A DNA stretch of 57,421 nt from Promethearchaeota archaeon (GCA_008080735.1 SHMW01000018.1:1-57421), one strand, 5' to 3'. Positions 28,323 through 38,912 are shown, counted from the stretch's first letter. Made by a program: numbers and translations. The notes: generated by a model from the sequence alone, not told the origin.

Positions 28323-29411
28323 ATGAAAATAACTGATGTTAAAACTCATATGTTAGAATTAGACTTTAAAATTAAAATAGGCTCGATGCCGCGATTTAAA
28401 GCTTGTGGACTTTATACTAATCTAATAACGGACGAAGGTATTGACGGATGGGCACTTTCCCATTGGAATTTAAGCAATTTAGCACAAAAACAATTCATTG
28501 ATGAAGCATTAAAAAAACTTGTAATTGGAAAAGACCCCTTCATGACGGAAGAGATTTTTTATCAAATCTACCAAAATACCAATCGGATAATGTTTGGGAT
28601 TCCTCAAGCAACCTCTGCTATTCAGATTGCGTGTTGGGATATTATCGGTAAAGCGACGGGTCAACCCATCTATAAATTACTTGGAGGAATGAAAAGGAAA
28701 GTAAAAGCTTACGCATCTATGCCAAGAGGATATAAAGCAAAAGCAGCAGCTGGAGCTGTAGAAGCGGTGACCAATCCCGAATTGGGAGGATTTAAAGCAG
28801 TAAAGTTACGAATAGGAAATGGCGCAAAAAAGGACGAAAAATTACTAAAAGAAGTGAGAGATGCGTTTCCTAAACTCGATATTATGGTAGATGCAAATTC
28901 CGCCTATCATTCTGTAACGGAAGCGTTAGAGATTGCAAAAATTTGCGAGAAATATAATGTTACTTGGTTAGAAGAACCAATCCCAACAGATAACCTTAAC
29001 GCCCTTGCTAAGCTTCGTAAATTAAGTCCAGTACCGATTGCAGGGGGAGAAAACGATATGGGCATCTTCCGATTTGAAGATATTCTTTCGAAAGATACTT
29101 TCGATATTGTTCAACCCGATGTGACTCGCAGCGGAGGTTTCCTCCAATTAAAAAAAATTGACGCAATGGCGGAAGTGAAAGGTGTGCGCTGCATACCCCA
29201 TATATTCGGCTTCGGCCATATTCTCGCAGCAAATCTCCATTATGTTATGTCTACGAGATGTGAATGGTGTGAATTCCCCTTTATTCCAGATGAATATCAA
29301 CTTTTAGAAGCACCAATCAAATGTGAGAAGGGATATGTCAAAGCATTAGATAAGCCAGGACTAGGAGTTGAGATCAATCAAGAAATGTTCGAGGAAAACG
29401 TAATTTCTTAA
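28323..29411 (+). CDS. Mandelate racemase/muconate lactonizing (enolase superfamily) enzyme
   Basis: WDIIGKA.GQPIYKLLGG, KAVKLR, MVDAN, WLEEP, GGEN, QPD, PH. Confidence 0.92.
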   Translation: MKITDVKTHMLELDFKIKIGSMPRFKACGLYTNLITDEGIDGWALSHWNLSNLAQKQFIDEALKKLVIGKDPFMTEEIFYQIYQNTNRIMFGIPQATSAIQIACWDIIGKATGQPIYKLLGGMKRKVKAYASMPRGYKAKAAAGAVEAVTNPELGGFKAVKLRIGNGAKKDEKLLKEVRDAFPKLDIMVDANSAYHSVTEALEIAKICEKYNVTWLEEPIPTDNLNALAKLRKLSPVPIAGGENDMGIFRFEDILSKDTFDIVQPDVTRSGGFLQLKKIDAMAEVKGVRCIPHIFGFGHILAANLHYVMSTRCEWCEFPFIPDEYQLLEAPIKCEKGYVKALDKPGLGVEINQEMFEENVIS

Positions 29412-29610
29412 ATCTTTCATTTTTCCATTTATCTGTGTGTTACTCGAGTGAATTTTTAAAAATTTATAATCTAAATATTGAAGCCCTATTTCTATTTTTC
29501 TGATGAAATCAGATAACGGTTTTTGTAAATAATTTATATGGTGTAGTTTTATCAAATTGCTTTAACACTAAAGAATTATACAATAAAATAAAGAAGGTGA
29601 GCAGACTAAA

Positions 29611-30057
29611 ATGCCAGTACGGACAGGACAAGCTATATGGGAAGGAAGTCTTAAAAGAGGAAAAGGAGAAATGGAAACCGAGAGTGGTGCTTTAAAGGCA
29701 TCGTATACGTTTGGATCCAGATTTCAACAAAAAAAGGGGTCAAATCCCGATGAACTTATCGCTGCGGCACATGCAGGGTGTTTTTCGCAAGCGCTCGCGT
29801 TAGTTTTAGGTGAGAAAGGTTTTGAACCAACAAGGATAGAGACCACTGCTAAGGTGACTATAAAAGATGTAGATGGAGCTCCAACTATTACTTCATCGAA
29901 ATTGACAAGTGAGGCGGCTGTTCCTGAAATTGAAGAAAACACATTCCGAGAAATCGCAAGTAAAGCTAAGGAAGTATGCCCGGTCAGTAGAGCTTTAGGT
30001 GCTATTTCTGTTGAAGTCGATGTAAAACTTGTTCCAGAGAGCTATATCGTGTCATAA
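29611..30057 (+). CDS. osmC: OsmC family peroxiredoxin
   Basis: W.GSLKRGKG, NPDELIAAAHAGCFS, AKEVCPVSRAL. Confidence 0.92.
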   Translation: MPVRTGQAIWEGSLKRGKGEMETESGALKASYTFGSRFQQKKGSNPDELIAAAHAGCFSQALALVLGEKGFEPTRIETTAKVTIKDVDGAPTITSSKLTSEAAVPEIEENTFREIASKAKEVCPVSRALGAISVEVDVKLVPESYIVS

Positions 30058-30234
30058 ATTTCGCTGAAGCATTTCTCATATATTTCGAGAAAACTTTAAA
30101 AATTTTTTATACTCTCTTCCACCTTTTCTTTATGGTCTATAACTAACAATAATAAATGGACTATAAAAGATTATTATTTATTCGAGAATAAATTCACTTA
30201 ATTCAATCTCAATTTGAATAAAAAAGAAAATACC

Positions 30235-31005
30235 ATGGAAAAAACACAATTTACTCGGGAATTTGAAGATTTCGGGATTAAAATGTACGTGCTCGCGATT
30301 CTCTCCATAATAAGCATTTTTACAGGTGGACTTATCCAATTAGCGATGTTTATTATTATGCTATTCGCACTCGGGGATATCAAGAAAGCCAATCTAGAAA
30401 TGCAAAACGAGAAACTAGAGAATTTTCGAAAATATATAATATATGCGGTAATTGTCGGTATCGTGGGAGCTATTTTAATCATCGCCATAATCGCTATTAT
30501 AGTAGTTCTTTTCTTTGTTTCACTTCCAGGATTTACCTTTAGTGCTCCGATAACTGTTTCAGAATTCCAACAGATTTCTCCCTTAATTGAAATTCTATTG
30601 TTAATATTATTAGGTGGGCTTCCAGTAGGAGCAATTGCTTTAGGACTCCTTGTTATGGCATGGAATAACTTCTATATGTTCTTATCGAGAAATTCTGGGT
30701 TATTCCCGGCCCATGTTGCCGAAAAAGCTACAGAAGGAGCGGCTAAAATAAAAAAATCATATCTATATTTGCTTATTTCATTGATAATCGGAGCAGTGCT
30801 GGTTTTAATTGCGTTCTTTGTTTATCCTCAAATCGAAGCTATAATCATTGATTTTATTGAAGGAACAACTCCCTCAGTAGAACAATTTGGAGGACTCATC
30901 GCTCTTTTTGCCATTCCTGGCATAGGGATCGCGATCCTCGGAATAGCAAGCTTTATCCTAATGATTCTTGGGTATTTCAGGCTCTCAGAATTAAAACATC
31001 TTTAA
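30235..31005 (+). CDS. Multi-pass membrane protein of unknown function
   Basis: ORF with about 5-6 long hydrophobic segments in an internally repeated arrangement. Confidence 0.75.
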   Translation: MEKTQFTREFEDFGIKMYVLAILSIISIFTGGLIQLAMFIIMLFALGDIKKANLEMQNEKLENFRKYIIYAVIVGIVGAILIIAIIAIIVVLFFVSLPGFTFSAPITVSEFQQISPLIEILLLILLGGLPVGAIALGLLVMAWNNFYMFLSRNSGLFPAHVAEKATEGAAKIKKSYLYLLISLIIGAVLVLIAFFVYPQIEAIIIDFIEGTTPSVEQFGGLIALFAIPGIGIAILGIASFILMILGYFRLSELKHL

Positions 31006-31019
31006 TCTTTAATTATTTT

Positions 31020-31838
31020 TTATTTTTTCTTTATTGCGTATAACATATGAACATCTAAAATAGTTTCTCTTGTCTCATCTCCATAATCTATACTAAAGCC
31101 TTTTCTTTCTAAAAACTCTGTTAATTCCATGAGCAGATTTTCCCCTTCAGGAATATGTTGATGCACCTCCATAGCAATTTGCTGAATTTTTGGCCAATCA
31201 TGTTCTTCTATTCCTGCGATCACGTGTTTTTCATAATTTTCCGCATCGATCTTTAGTAAATCGATTTTTTGAATAGTATATTTCTCAATTATTTTAGAAA
31301 GAGGGGTTATATGACAACGTATTGACTCACTTGAGTAGAAATTCTGTAATCCTCTTCTGACGACCCAATTTCTTAAAAATTTTGGGACAATTCGAGCAAT
31401 AGGTAGCTCTTGGCAAATTGTTTCTTTATAATGTTTCACATAAAGATCTGTTTTACGCTCTAGATCGAATGGTACTGCTGTAGAATCACCACTAACTTTT
31501 GGATAGTAATTAAATTCGGTCTCCTTTTCCTCTTCTCCAAGTCCTACATTAAAAAGCATAATTTGGGATTCTAACGGTTTCAAATTAGCCTCCAGAACCT
31601 CAAAGATTTGGGGAATAGGTTCAAATGCATATATAGAAAGTTTTGAGGCTTGAGTTAAAGTAAATAAAGAGAATAATCCAATATTCGCACCAACGTCCAC
31701 TATCACATCATTGTTGTTAATTTCAATTCCTCTCTTAAGATATTCTTTTTCTACAAATATCTCATCATATACATATAATGCCGTTAACTCATCAATACAA
31801 TATATTGTGTCTCCATTTGGTAAACGAATTTCTTTCAT
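31020..31838 (-). CDS. FkbM family methyltransferase
   Basis: VDVGANIGLF, YAFEP.P, IDLLKIDAE, QIAMEVH. Confidence 0.92.
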   Translation of the reverse strand: MKEIRLPNGDTIYCIDELTALYVYDEIFVEKEYLKRGIEINNNDVIVDVGANIGLFSLFTLTQASKLSIYAFEPIPQIFEVLEANLKPLESQIMLFNVGLGEEEKETEFNYYPKVSGDSTAVPFDLERKTDLYVKHYKETICQELPIARIVPKFLRNWVVRRGLQNFYSSESIRCHITPLSKIIEKYTIQKIDLLKIDAENYEKHVIAGIEEHDWPKIQQIAMEVHQHIPEGENLLMELTEFLERKGFSIDYGDETRETILDVHMLYAIKKK

Positions 31839-31943
31839 GATGCTAGAAAGGTCTTAGTTAATGAATATAAAATATAAAGGAATAATTCTTGATATTAATA
31901 TTAAAGCTAAATTATATTTAAAATATTCAATGGGGCGTTACTC

Positions 31944-34535
31944 ATTTCTAATAAGAATAATTCAATAAAAATTACCAACTGGAAGCTCAAAAATGCAGAA
32001 AAAGATATTAGCATTGATATCATTACTCCAGAAACGGTATTTGGAGCTTTGGTTAAAAAAAAGATTATAGAAAATCCTTTTTACGGATTAAATGAAAAGA
32101 AAGTTAAATGGGTATATGAATCAACTTGGAATTATACTGCTAAATTTGATCTTAAAGAAGACTTTTTGAAAAGTTCCGTTATTTTTCTAGAATTAGAAGG
32201 TCTGGACACAATTGCTGACATTTATTTAAATGGCGAATTACTGGATTCAGTGAAAAATATGTTTCGATCCTATAAATACTCAGTCAAATCAAAATTGAAA
32301 AAAACCTCCAATAACCTTACACTATTCTTTCATAGCCCAACAGAATTTGCTAAAGATATGATTGATAAATATGATATGAAATTAAACACAGGGGAAGAAA
32401 ATCGGGCATTTCCCGGAGTACCATACCTAAGAAAAGCGCAATATTCTTTTGGTTGGGATTGGGGTCCAATTCTACCGGACATTGGAATTTGGAAAGATGT
32501 AAAATTAACTGCTATGAATACGCCAAAGATTGAATCAATATATGTTTTTCAAGATTTTAAATATGACCAAAATACCAATGAGATAAACTCTGTAAATCTA
32601 AATATAAATATCGAAATTGAGAGCGTCTTTGATAATATTTCAAATCAAGACATGGATTTATTGTGTATTTTAAAAGATCCCCATGGAAAAAGTATCCAAA
32701 AGGAGAAAACCGTTAACTCTTTGAAGGAAGGCATTCAATTTAAAATAGACAATCCAAAACTCTGGTGGACACATGATCTAGGCCTACAAAACCTCTATAA
32801 CTTAACTATTCAACTAAGAAATAATGAAATACTCGATGAGTATCAACAAAAAATAGGATTGAGAGATCTAAAATTAATAAGAAATTCCGATAAATGGGGA
32901 AAAAGTTTCTATTTTCAATTAAATGGCATACCAATCTTTGCGAAAGGAGCCAATTGGATTCCAGTGGATAGCTTCATTCCCAGAGGAAAACGAGCAGGAT
33001 TATATGAGATGAATCTACATTTTGCAAAAGAAGCCAATATGAATATGATCCGAGTATGGGGTGGCGGGATATATGAAGATGAGTTGTTTTATCAAATTTG
33101 TAATAAGTTGGGCATATTAGTATGGCAAGATTTTCCCTTCGCGTGTGCTATTTATCCCATTCATGATGAATTTTATGAAAATATTCAACAAGAATTTAAG
33201 GATAACATCAAACGACTGAGAAATCATCCCTCTTTAGCCTTATGGTGCGGAAACAATGAAATCGAATATTTATGGAATTTTCTAAAAGTATCGGCGGGAA
33301 TAACTGATGAGGAAATCGAAAAGAATTATAAAAAAGGATATGTGAAAATATTCGAAAACATGCTTCCAAGGACCCTCGAAAAACTCGACCCTAATCGTCC
33401 CTTCTGGCCCAGTTCTCCCTCAAATGGTCATTGCGGAATGAGTTTAGGGACCATTAATTCAAACTCTCCTGATGAAGGAGATTCTCATTATTGGAGTGTA
33501 TGGCATGGAGGTAAGCCGTTTAGAGCGTATCGACGATTCAATTCAAGATTCATGTCCGAATTTGGATTTGAATCTTTTCCCTCCTTGAAAACGATATCAA
33601 GCTTTTGTCCAAAAGATCAATATTATATTAATTCTCCAATTATGGAAAACCACCAAAAAAACGATGCCGGAAATGATCTTATAATGCGCTATATTAAAAG
33701 GCGGTATAATGTACCCAAGGATTTTCGAAAACAGGTTATTCTCTCTCAAATTACTCAAGCGGAAGCAGTCGAGTATGGAGTAAAATATTGGCGTTCGCAG
33801 ACTGCCAATTTCCATTGTATGGGATCCCTTTATTGGCAATTGAATGATTGCTGGCCAGTAGCAAGCTGGTCTTCAATTGACTATTACGGACGTTGGAAAG
33901 CACTACATTATTTAGCTAAGAGGTTTTATCAACCCATTATCGTTGAGGTGTATGTCACTACAAAGAAAATAGAATTTGCACTCATTAATGATTCATTGGT
34001 CTCTTATGATGTCATTTTACAATTGAATATTTTAAATTCAGGTGGTCAAATCGTAAAAAGATCTAATTCTGGATATGAACTAAATGCGATGGAAAGTAAA
34101 AAAGGAGATCTCGTTGAAATTAAAGATTTAGCAAGTTCGATGGATTTGAAAAACGATTGCATTGTATTTTATACATTAATGAATAAGAATACAAAAAATA
34201 TAATATATCGAGGATTTAAATTATTTGATAGCCCCAATTCTTTTCATCTCAAAGATCCCCATCTCAAATTTCATATTTATGAAACGTCTGATAATGAGAC
34301 TGAGAATTGCAAGCTCAACATTCAAATAACTTCTGAAAATATATCATTATATACATTCATCGAATCAGATATTGTCGATTTTATAGCATCTGATAATTTC
34401 TTTGCAATGGAACCAAATGAATTAAGAAAAATTGAGATTAGAATCACTAAAAACAAAAATTTCTCAAAAAAATATACATCAAATGAAATCAAAGAATCCT
34501 TTCGAGTAAACTCCTTATACGATCTGCTAACCTAA
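31944..34535 (+). CDS. GH2 beta-mannosidase-like glycoside hydrolase (start uncertain; called ORF begins 32049)
   Basis: LRKAQYSFGWDWGP, KGANWIP, RVWGGGIYE, WCGNNE (acid/base), FMSEFG (nucleophile), YWQLNDCWP. Family-like sequence continues in frame upstream of 32049. Confidence 0.9.
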   Translation: MSNKNNSIKITNWKLKNAEKDISIDIITPETVFGALVKKKIIENPFYGLNEKKVKWVYESTWNYTAKFDLKEDFLKSSVIFLELEGLDTIADIYLNGELLDSVKNMFRSYKYSVKSKLKKTSNNLTLFFHSPTEFAKDMIDKYDMKLNTGEENRAFPGVPYLRKAQYSFGWDWGPILPDIGIWKDVKLTAMNTPKIESIYVFQDFKYDQNTNEINSVNLNINIEIESVFDNISNQDMDLLCILKDPHGKSIQKEKTVNSLKEGIQFKIDNPKLWWTHDLGLQNLYNLTIQLRNNEILDEYQQKIGLRDLKLIRNSDKWGKSFYFQLNGIPIFAKGANWIPVDSFIPRGKRAGLYEMNLHFAKEANMNMIRVWGGGIYEDELFYQICNKLGILVWQDFPFACAIYPIHDEFYENIQQEFKDNIKRLRNHPSLALWCGNNEIEYLWNFLKVSAGITDEEIEKNYKKGYVKIFENMLPRTLEKLDPNRPFWPSSPSNGHCGMSLGTINSNSPDEGDSHYWSVWHGGKPFRAYRRFNSRFMSEFGFESFPSLKTISSFCPKDQYYINSPIMENHQKNDAGNDLIMRYIKRRYNVPKDFRKQVILSQITQAEAVEYGVKYWRSQTANFHCMGSLYWQLNDCWPVASWSSIDYYGRWKALHYLAKRFYQPIIVEVYVTTKKIEFALINDSLVSYDVILQLNILNSGGQIVKRSNSGYELNAMESKKGDLVEIKDLASSMDLKNDCIVFYTLMNKNTKNIIYRGFKLFDSPNSFHLKDPHLKFHIYETSDNETENCKLNIQITSENISLYTFIESDIVDFIASDNFFAMEPNELRKIEIRITKNKNFSKKYTSNEIKESFRVNSLYDLLT

Positions 34536-34555
34536 TTTCAATACTATTTCTATTT

Positions 34556-36538
34556 TCAGATATCTTTTATTCTTGAAAATAATTTGGCAAACTGGGAGTC
34601 TTTCCGATAAAATACTGGCGGTTTTCCTATTGGAGCTTGAACATTCGTCCATCCTCCCTCATATTCATCTCCATTCCATATATGAATCCATAAATCCTTC
34701 GGCAGATATACTCTCCATAGGGACTTTTTTGGTTTTATAACTGGAGCGATTAGGAGATCTGCGCCTAAGAGATATTGATATTTAAGATTATGAAAAATTA
34801 TATCATCAGGATAATGTAAAAAACAACCCCTCATAATGGGCAAGCCTTTCTTTTGATATTCCTCAGACAGTCTTTCCAAATAAGGCTTTAGATGAACATG
34901 AACCTTGACCATTTTACTCAAATGTTCCAAAGTTTCTTTATCGGAATCAAATTGCCAGTTATCCCAAGGGCGAATTCCTTCATGAGTTCGCATAACCACA
35001 GAAAAGGCAGCAAGCTCCGCCCATCTCATAAAGACTTCTTTCGTGCGTTTGAAATCTCCTAGAGAATGAAAACCTCCTATATCGAAATGAAAATATCCAA
35101 TACCACAGAGTCCCGCAGAAATACCTGCGGGAATAACAGAGGCAAGCCCATCATCTATACTCCAAGTTACTAATTGATCTCCCGCCCATATCATGGGAGC
35201 ATATTTGGATGAGTGAGTATACCCAGAACGCATAAAGAATGTTACCTTGTCCAGAGAATCGCTTTTTTTGAGAGCTTCATAATTTACTTTTGCCCATAAT
35301 ACGGGATATTGATTATGGAATTCTTCTCCACTTATTCCTGAATGACATGATACATCAATGGGAGTATATTCACCATAATCGCACATATAGCCATCCATCC
35401 CAATCTCAATCATATTTTTAATGATTACGGACTTAATCCAGTCAAACGTTTGAGGATTTGAAAGATCTAAAATTCCAAAGCAATTTTCTGCGGTAGAATC
35501 ATCATATAAAATCTCACCGTCTTTGATTTTTATAAGACATCCCTTCTCTAAAGCCTCATCGTGGAGTGGGGCTTTATCATTCAAATAAGGATTAATATAA
35601 CCAAGAAATTTGATTCCACTCTTGTTTAACTCCTCAATATATTGGGGCAAATCTGGATATAATTCTTCATCGTATTCCCAGTTCCAAAAGAGTTGCTTTC
35701 CTTGAGAAGTCATGTTGATTCCTTCCCAATCTTGACACCATACAGCATTTACGCTAATGTTATGCTCTTTTGCTTTAGAGATCTTTGCGTTAACTACCTC
35801 CCTTCCTCCTTGCAAACCTAGCCATAATCCATCATAGACCCAATCTACTAATTTCGGTTGTCTACCTAGGAATGAAGACAATTTGGACACAGTTTCTATT
35901 AATGAATTATATTTTCCAAGGATTATTTTATTCGGAATTTCCCAAATATATAAAACATGTTTTTGAGGATCTTTAAAATTGAATTTTGAATAATAAAATG
36001 TCTCAATATGGCAAAAATAATTATGAGAGGAGATATATGTTGGTTGCGGGAAATAAGTCGTATACCAGTCTCCTGTGATGGGAGGATCTCCTCGTCCCAC
36101 TCCTTGTTCTTCAACAAATAGAGGAAGTTCCTTACCCCTCATATTTATTTCAGAAAATTGCTCTCCACATCCAAATATGGCCTCTTCTTGTGAAGCTTTT
36201 ATTTTAATCCAAAATCTATTAATCTTTTTGTCATTGCATTCAGGATAGATTTCTATACAGTCTGTTTTCGTATTTTCGTTAATACTGATATCTAAGCTGT
36301 GGTCATTTGAGTTTAATTCAATTCTTAAAGTTCCCTCGCCTTCGGAAAGAATTCTGTAATTGGAAAGAGGGATCCTTCTTTTGAGTTTATCTCTAATTTT
36401 AAAATCTCCCATCCTCATTCTATACTTTCCTTTTGCAATGCCGATTTCGAATGCGGGATCTTTTTCTGTGTGATGGATGAATAAACAGCCTTTATAAAAA
36501 ATTTTAAATTCCTTTTCCATTAATTTCCATTCAAGCAT
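34556..36538 (-). CDS. GH31 alpha-glycosidase, YihQ/sulfoquinovosidase-like
   Basis: GCGEQFS, EQGVGR, TYFPQPTY, LGLQGG, WCQDWEG...LFWNW, YMCDYGEY (nucleophile), WAGDQ (acid/base), MRTHEG: the YihQ subfamily pattern as I recall it. Confidence 0.88.
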   Translation of the reverse strand: MLEWKLMEKEFKIFYKGCLFIHHTEKDPAFEIGIAKGKYRMRMGDFKIRDKLKRRIPLSNYRILSEGEGTLRIELNSNDHSLDISINENTKTDCIEIYPECNDKKINRFWIKIKASQEEAIFGCGEQFSEINMRGKELPLFVEEQGVGRGDPPITGDWYTTYFPQPTYISSHNYFCHIETFYYSKFNFKDPQKHVLYIWEIPNKIILGKYNSLIETVSKLSSFLGRQPKLVDWVYDGLWLGLQGGREVVNAKISKAKEHNISVNAVWCQDWEGINMTSQGKQLFWNWEYDEELYPDLPQYIEELNKSGIKFLGYINPYLNDKAPLHDEALEKGCLIKIKDGEILYDDSTAENCFGILDLSNPQTFDWIKSVIIKNMIEIGMDGYMCDYGEYTPIDVSCHSGISGEEFHNQYPVLWAKVNYEALKKSDSLDKVTFFMRSGYTHSSKYAPMIWAGDQLVTWSIDDGLASVIPAGISAGLCGIGYFHFDIGGFHSLGDFKRTKEVFMRWAELAAFSVVMRTHEGIRPWDNWQFDSDKETLEHLSKMVKVHVHLKPYLERLSEEYQKKGLPIMRGCFLHYPDDIIFHNLKYQYLLGADLLIAPVIKPKKSLWRVYLPKDLWIHIWNGDEYEGGWTNVQAPIGKPPVFYRKDSQFAKLFSRIKDI

Positions 36539-36627
36539 TATGACTCTTATTAAAAATTCATAGCTTAATGAATAAATTAATCATCTGTTATTTAAGAAGG
36601 AAATTATTACAAAAAAGGAAGAGTTTT

Positions 36628-38043
36628 TTATCTCATATCGTCCATATCAACAACATTTTTCCCTAATCTGGACTTTTCAGCCGCAAAACCCATTAAATGA
36701 GATTCTAAGGACGCTCGGGCTGAAGTAAGTACTTCATTTTCGCCCTTATCACCAATTAATAAAGAATTCACAAACGACTCCATGAGACCTGCATCGCCAT
36801 CACTATGCGCCTCAAAAGTAATATCCGATTCCCAGAGTACCCTCTCATCGACATATCTATGATCATAATAAAGTAATTTCTCTCCTCCGTATGTAAAACG
36901 CCCTAAGAGGGATCCCTTTGAGCCAGATATTCTGATCCATCGTCCATCTAAATATGAATGACCATGCATGGTCATAGTCGCTGTAGTCCCATTTTCGAAC
37001 TGAATGGAGACAATTTGATGATCTGGAACATCATTATCGCATTTAAATACGCAACGTCCCCAAGGACCTTCTTGGAGTGCTTTCATCTTTCCTTCATAGG
37101 AAAGATCTTCAGTAATTACAGTAGCGGGCCAACGATTCCACTTTACCAATCCTCTCAACGGTTTAATGATATAGCTGAGAATTTTTGAAATTTTTCTATG
37201 GTTTATCAGAAGGTTCCCTATAACTCTTAACCAGCGCTTGTTAGATCTTTTAGTGACTCGAAGAATTGGCTCGCCCTTAATATATAAGCGTGGGGCATAC
37301 CATGGACAATCTTCAGCCACGGGACAGCCATCAGTACAACGGTCGGGAGCCCCCTCTGGTGTGTTTTTGGATTTATAAAAGGTCAATTCACCAAACGAAT
37401 GAATATACTTTGCTTTCGACTCAACCAACCAATATAGTAAATCCAGGTCGTGACAAGTTTTTGCTAATATCACTGGGCTTGAATCATCCGCTCTTCTCCA
37501 AGTGCCTCTCACATATCCATGGGGGAAATGCCAGTAGGCAACATTTTCAGAATGTTCGATATTTATAATTCTCCCTACTAATCCATCTTTTATAGCTTTT
37601 TTAATTTTTGAGAACATTGTAGTATATCGTGCAACATGACAAATCCTTAGTTGTTTATTTGCCTTCTCGGAAGCTTTTACTAGTTTTTTACACTCCTCTT
37701 CGGTTGTCGCCATCGGTTTTTCCAGTAATACATGGTACCCCAATTCAAGTGCTTTCAAAGCCGGTTCAGTATGCATTTTATCTTGGGTGCATATCAAACA
37801 AGCATCGGCAAGTTTTCCGATCTCAGGATTTAATAATGCTTCCCAATTTGAAAAGCAATAATTATTGGGGACATTCCATTCATTAGCAAAGCCAATCCTT
37901 CTTTCTTCAATAGGTTCGGCAACAGCAACAAAATTAATTTTATGTTTATTTTTAAGACCCCATTTTCCATAGGCATATCTTCCACGAGCTCCTGCACCAA
38001 TTAACACTGCTCTTATTTGAGATTTCTTTTTTTTCTCTTTCAT
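36628..38043 (-). CDS. Gfo/Idh/MocA family oxidoreductase
   Basis: IGAGARG, LLEKPMA, HGYVRG.W, AKTCHDLD; start moved to ATG 38043. Confidence 0.9.
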   Translation of the reverse strand: MKEKKKKSQIRAVLIGAGARGRYAYGKWGLKNKHKINFVAVAEPIEERRIGFANEWNVPNNYCFSNWEALLNPEIGKLADACLICTQDKMHTEPALKALELGYHVLLEKPMATTEEECKKLVKASEKANKQLRICHVARYTTMFSKIKKAIKDGLVGRIINIEHSENVAYWHFPHGYVRGTWRRADDSSPVILAKTCHDLDLLYWLVESKAKYIHSFGELTFYKSKNTPEGAPDRCTDGCPVAEDCPWYAPRLYIKGEPILRVTKRSNKRWLRVIGNLLINHRKISKILSYIIKPLRGLVKWNRWPATVITEDLSYEGKMKALQEGPWGRCVFKCDNDVPDHQIVSIQFENGTTATMTMHGHSYLDGRWIRISGSKGSLLGRFTYGGEKLLYYDHRYVDERVLWESDITFEAHSDGDAGLMESFVNSLLIGDKGENEVLTSARASLESHLMGFAAEKSRLGKNVVDMDDMR

Positions 38044-38057
38044 ATTAACAAACTTCC

Positions 38058-38912
38058 TTAAATTTGGTTTTTCGGAGTCTTTAATGTATCCCAATCGGTG
38101 GTGATAGTATAATCTGGATGTCCACGAATATGTGTTACGGGATAGTCATCCCCAGGATGTCCCAATAATGCAATTCGCAAGATAAGATTCGCCCAATCAT
38201 AAGAGGACCCATTTCTACAGTATAATCGAATTTTTTGCGCATTTAATACTTGTTTCATTCCTATAGTGTATGCTTCTTTGGGAAAATTTTCCAAATTACC
38301 TCCCACTTCAGCGCGTATAGCATTAATCGTTATAGTAAACTTATTCAACCTGACTTTTCTGGGACTTGAATTCTTTACACACTCTTGGGGTTCATTAAAT
38401 GCAACATGTCCATGAATTCCAATACCTCCATAGCATACATCAATCCCGCCGATTTCATTAATGACATCTTCCAAGTCGTTAATATTAGTCTCATCTGGAA
38501 AAAATACTTGTTCTTCTTTCAAATTTAAAAAATTCTCAAGTAAATCAAAAAATAGAGTTTTTGCCACTTTTTTAAAGCTTAGTGGATGAGAAATATCAAC
38601 TGCATTTCCATCTTCATCGCAATATTCATCCATAAAGAAGAACCAACAGTTCTCTAAGGATATATGTTCTTCATTCAATAATTCAGCTAAGATCGGATAT
38701 TGACCAGTTGGTCCTACTGGTAAAATAAAACGAGAGAGTTTATTATTGTTGTTATTCCTTTTTATCTCATCTCTAATATTTTCTGCAAACCTTAGATGCA
38801 ATACATCAAGGTCTTTACACACGATAATATTATCACCCGCGCGTTTTATTACTTCTTGGGGGGTTAATCGTGCGAGCTTCCTAACCTCTTGCCTTCTATC
38901 ATCCATTTTCAA
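38058..38912 (-). CDS. NagB-like sugar-phosphate deaminase/isomerase (PVGP type)
   Basis: FMDEY and GGIGIHGHVAFNEP catalytic motifs; phosphate loop reads ILPVGPT rather than LATGST. Confidence 0.85.
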   Translation of the reverse strand: MKMDDRRQEVRKLARLTPQEVIKRAGDNIIVCKDLDVLHLRFAENIRDEIKRNNNNNKLSRFILPVGPTGQYPILAELLNEEHISLENCWFFFMDEYCDEDGNAVDISHPLSFKKVAKTLFFDLLENFLNLKEEQVFFPDETNINDLEDVINEIGGIDVCYGGIGIHGHVAFNEPQECVKNSSPRKVRLNKFTITINAIRAEVGGNLENFPKEAYTIGMKQVLNAQKIRLYCRNGSSYDWANLILRIALLGHPGDDYPVTHIRGHPDYTITTDWDTLKTPKNQI

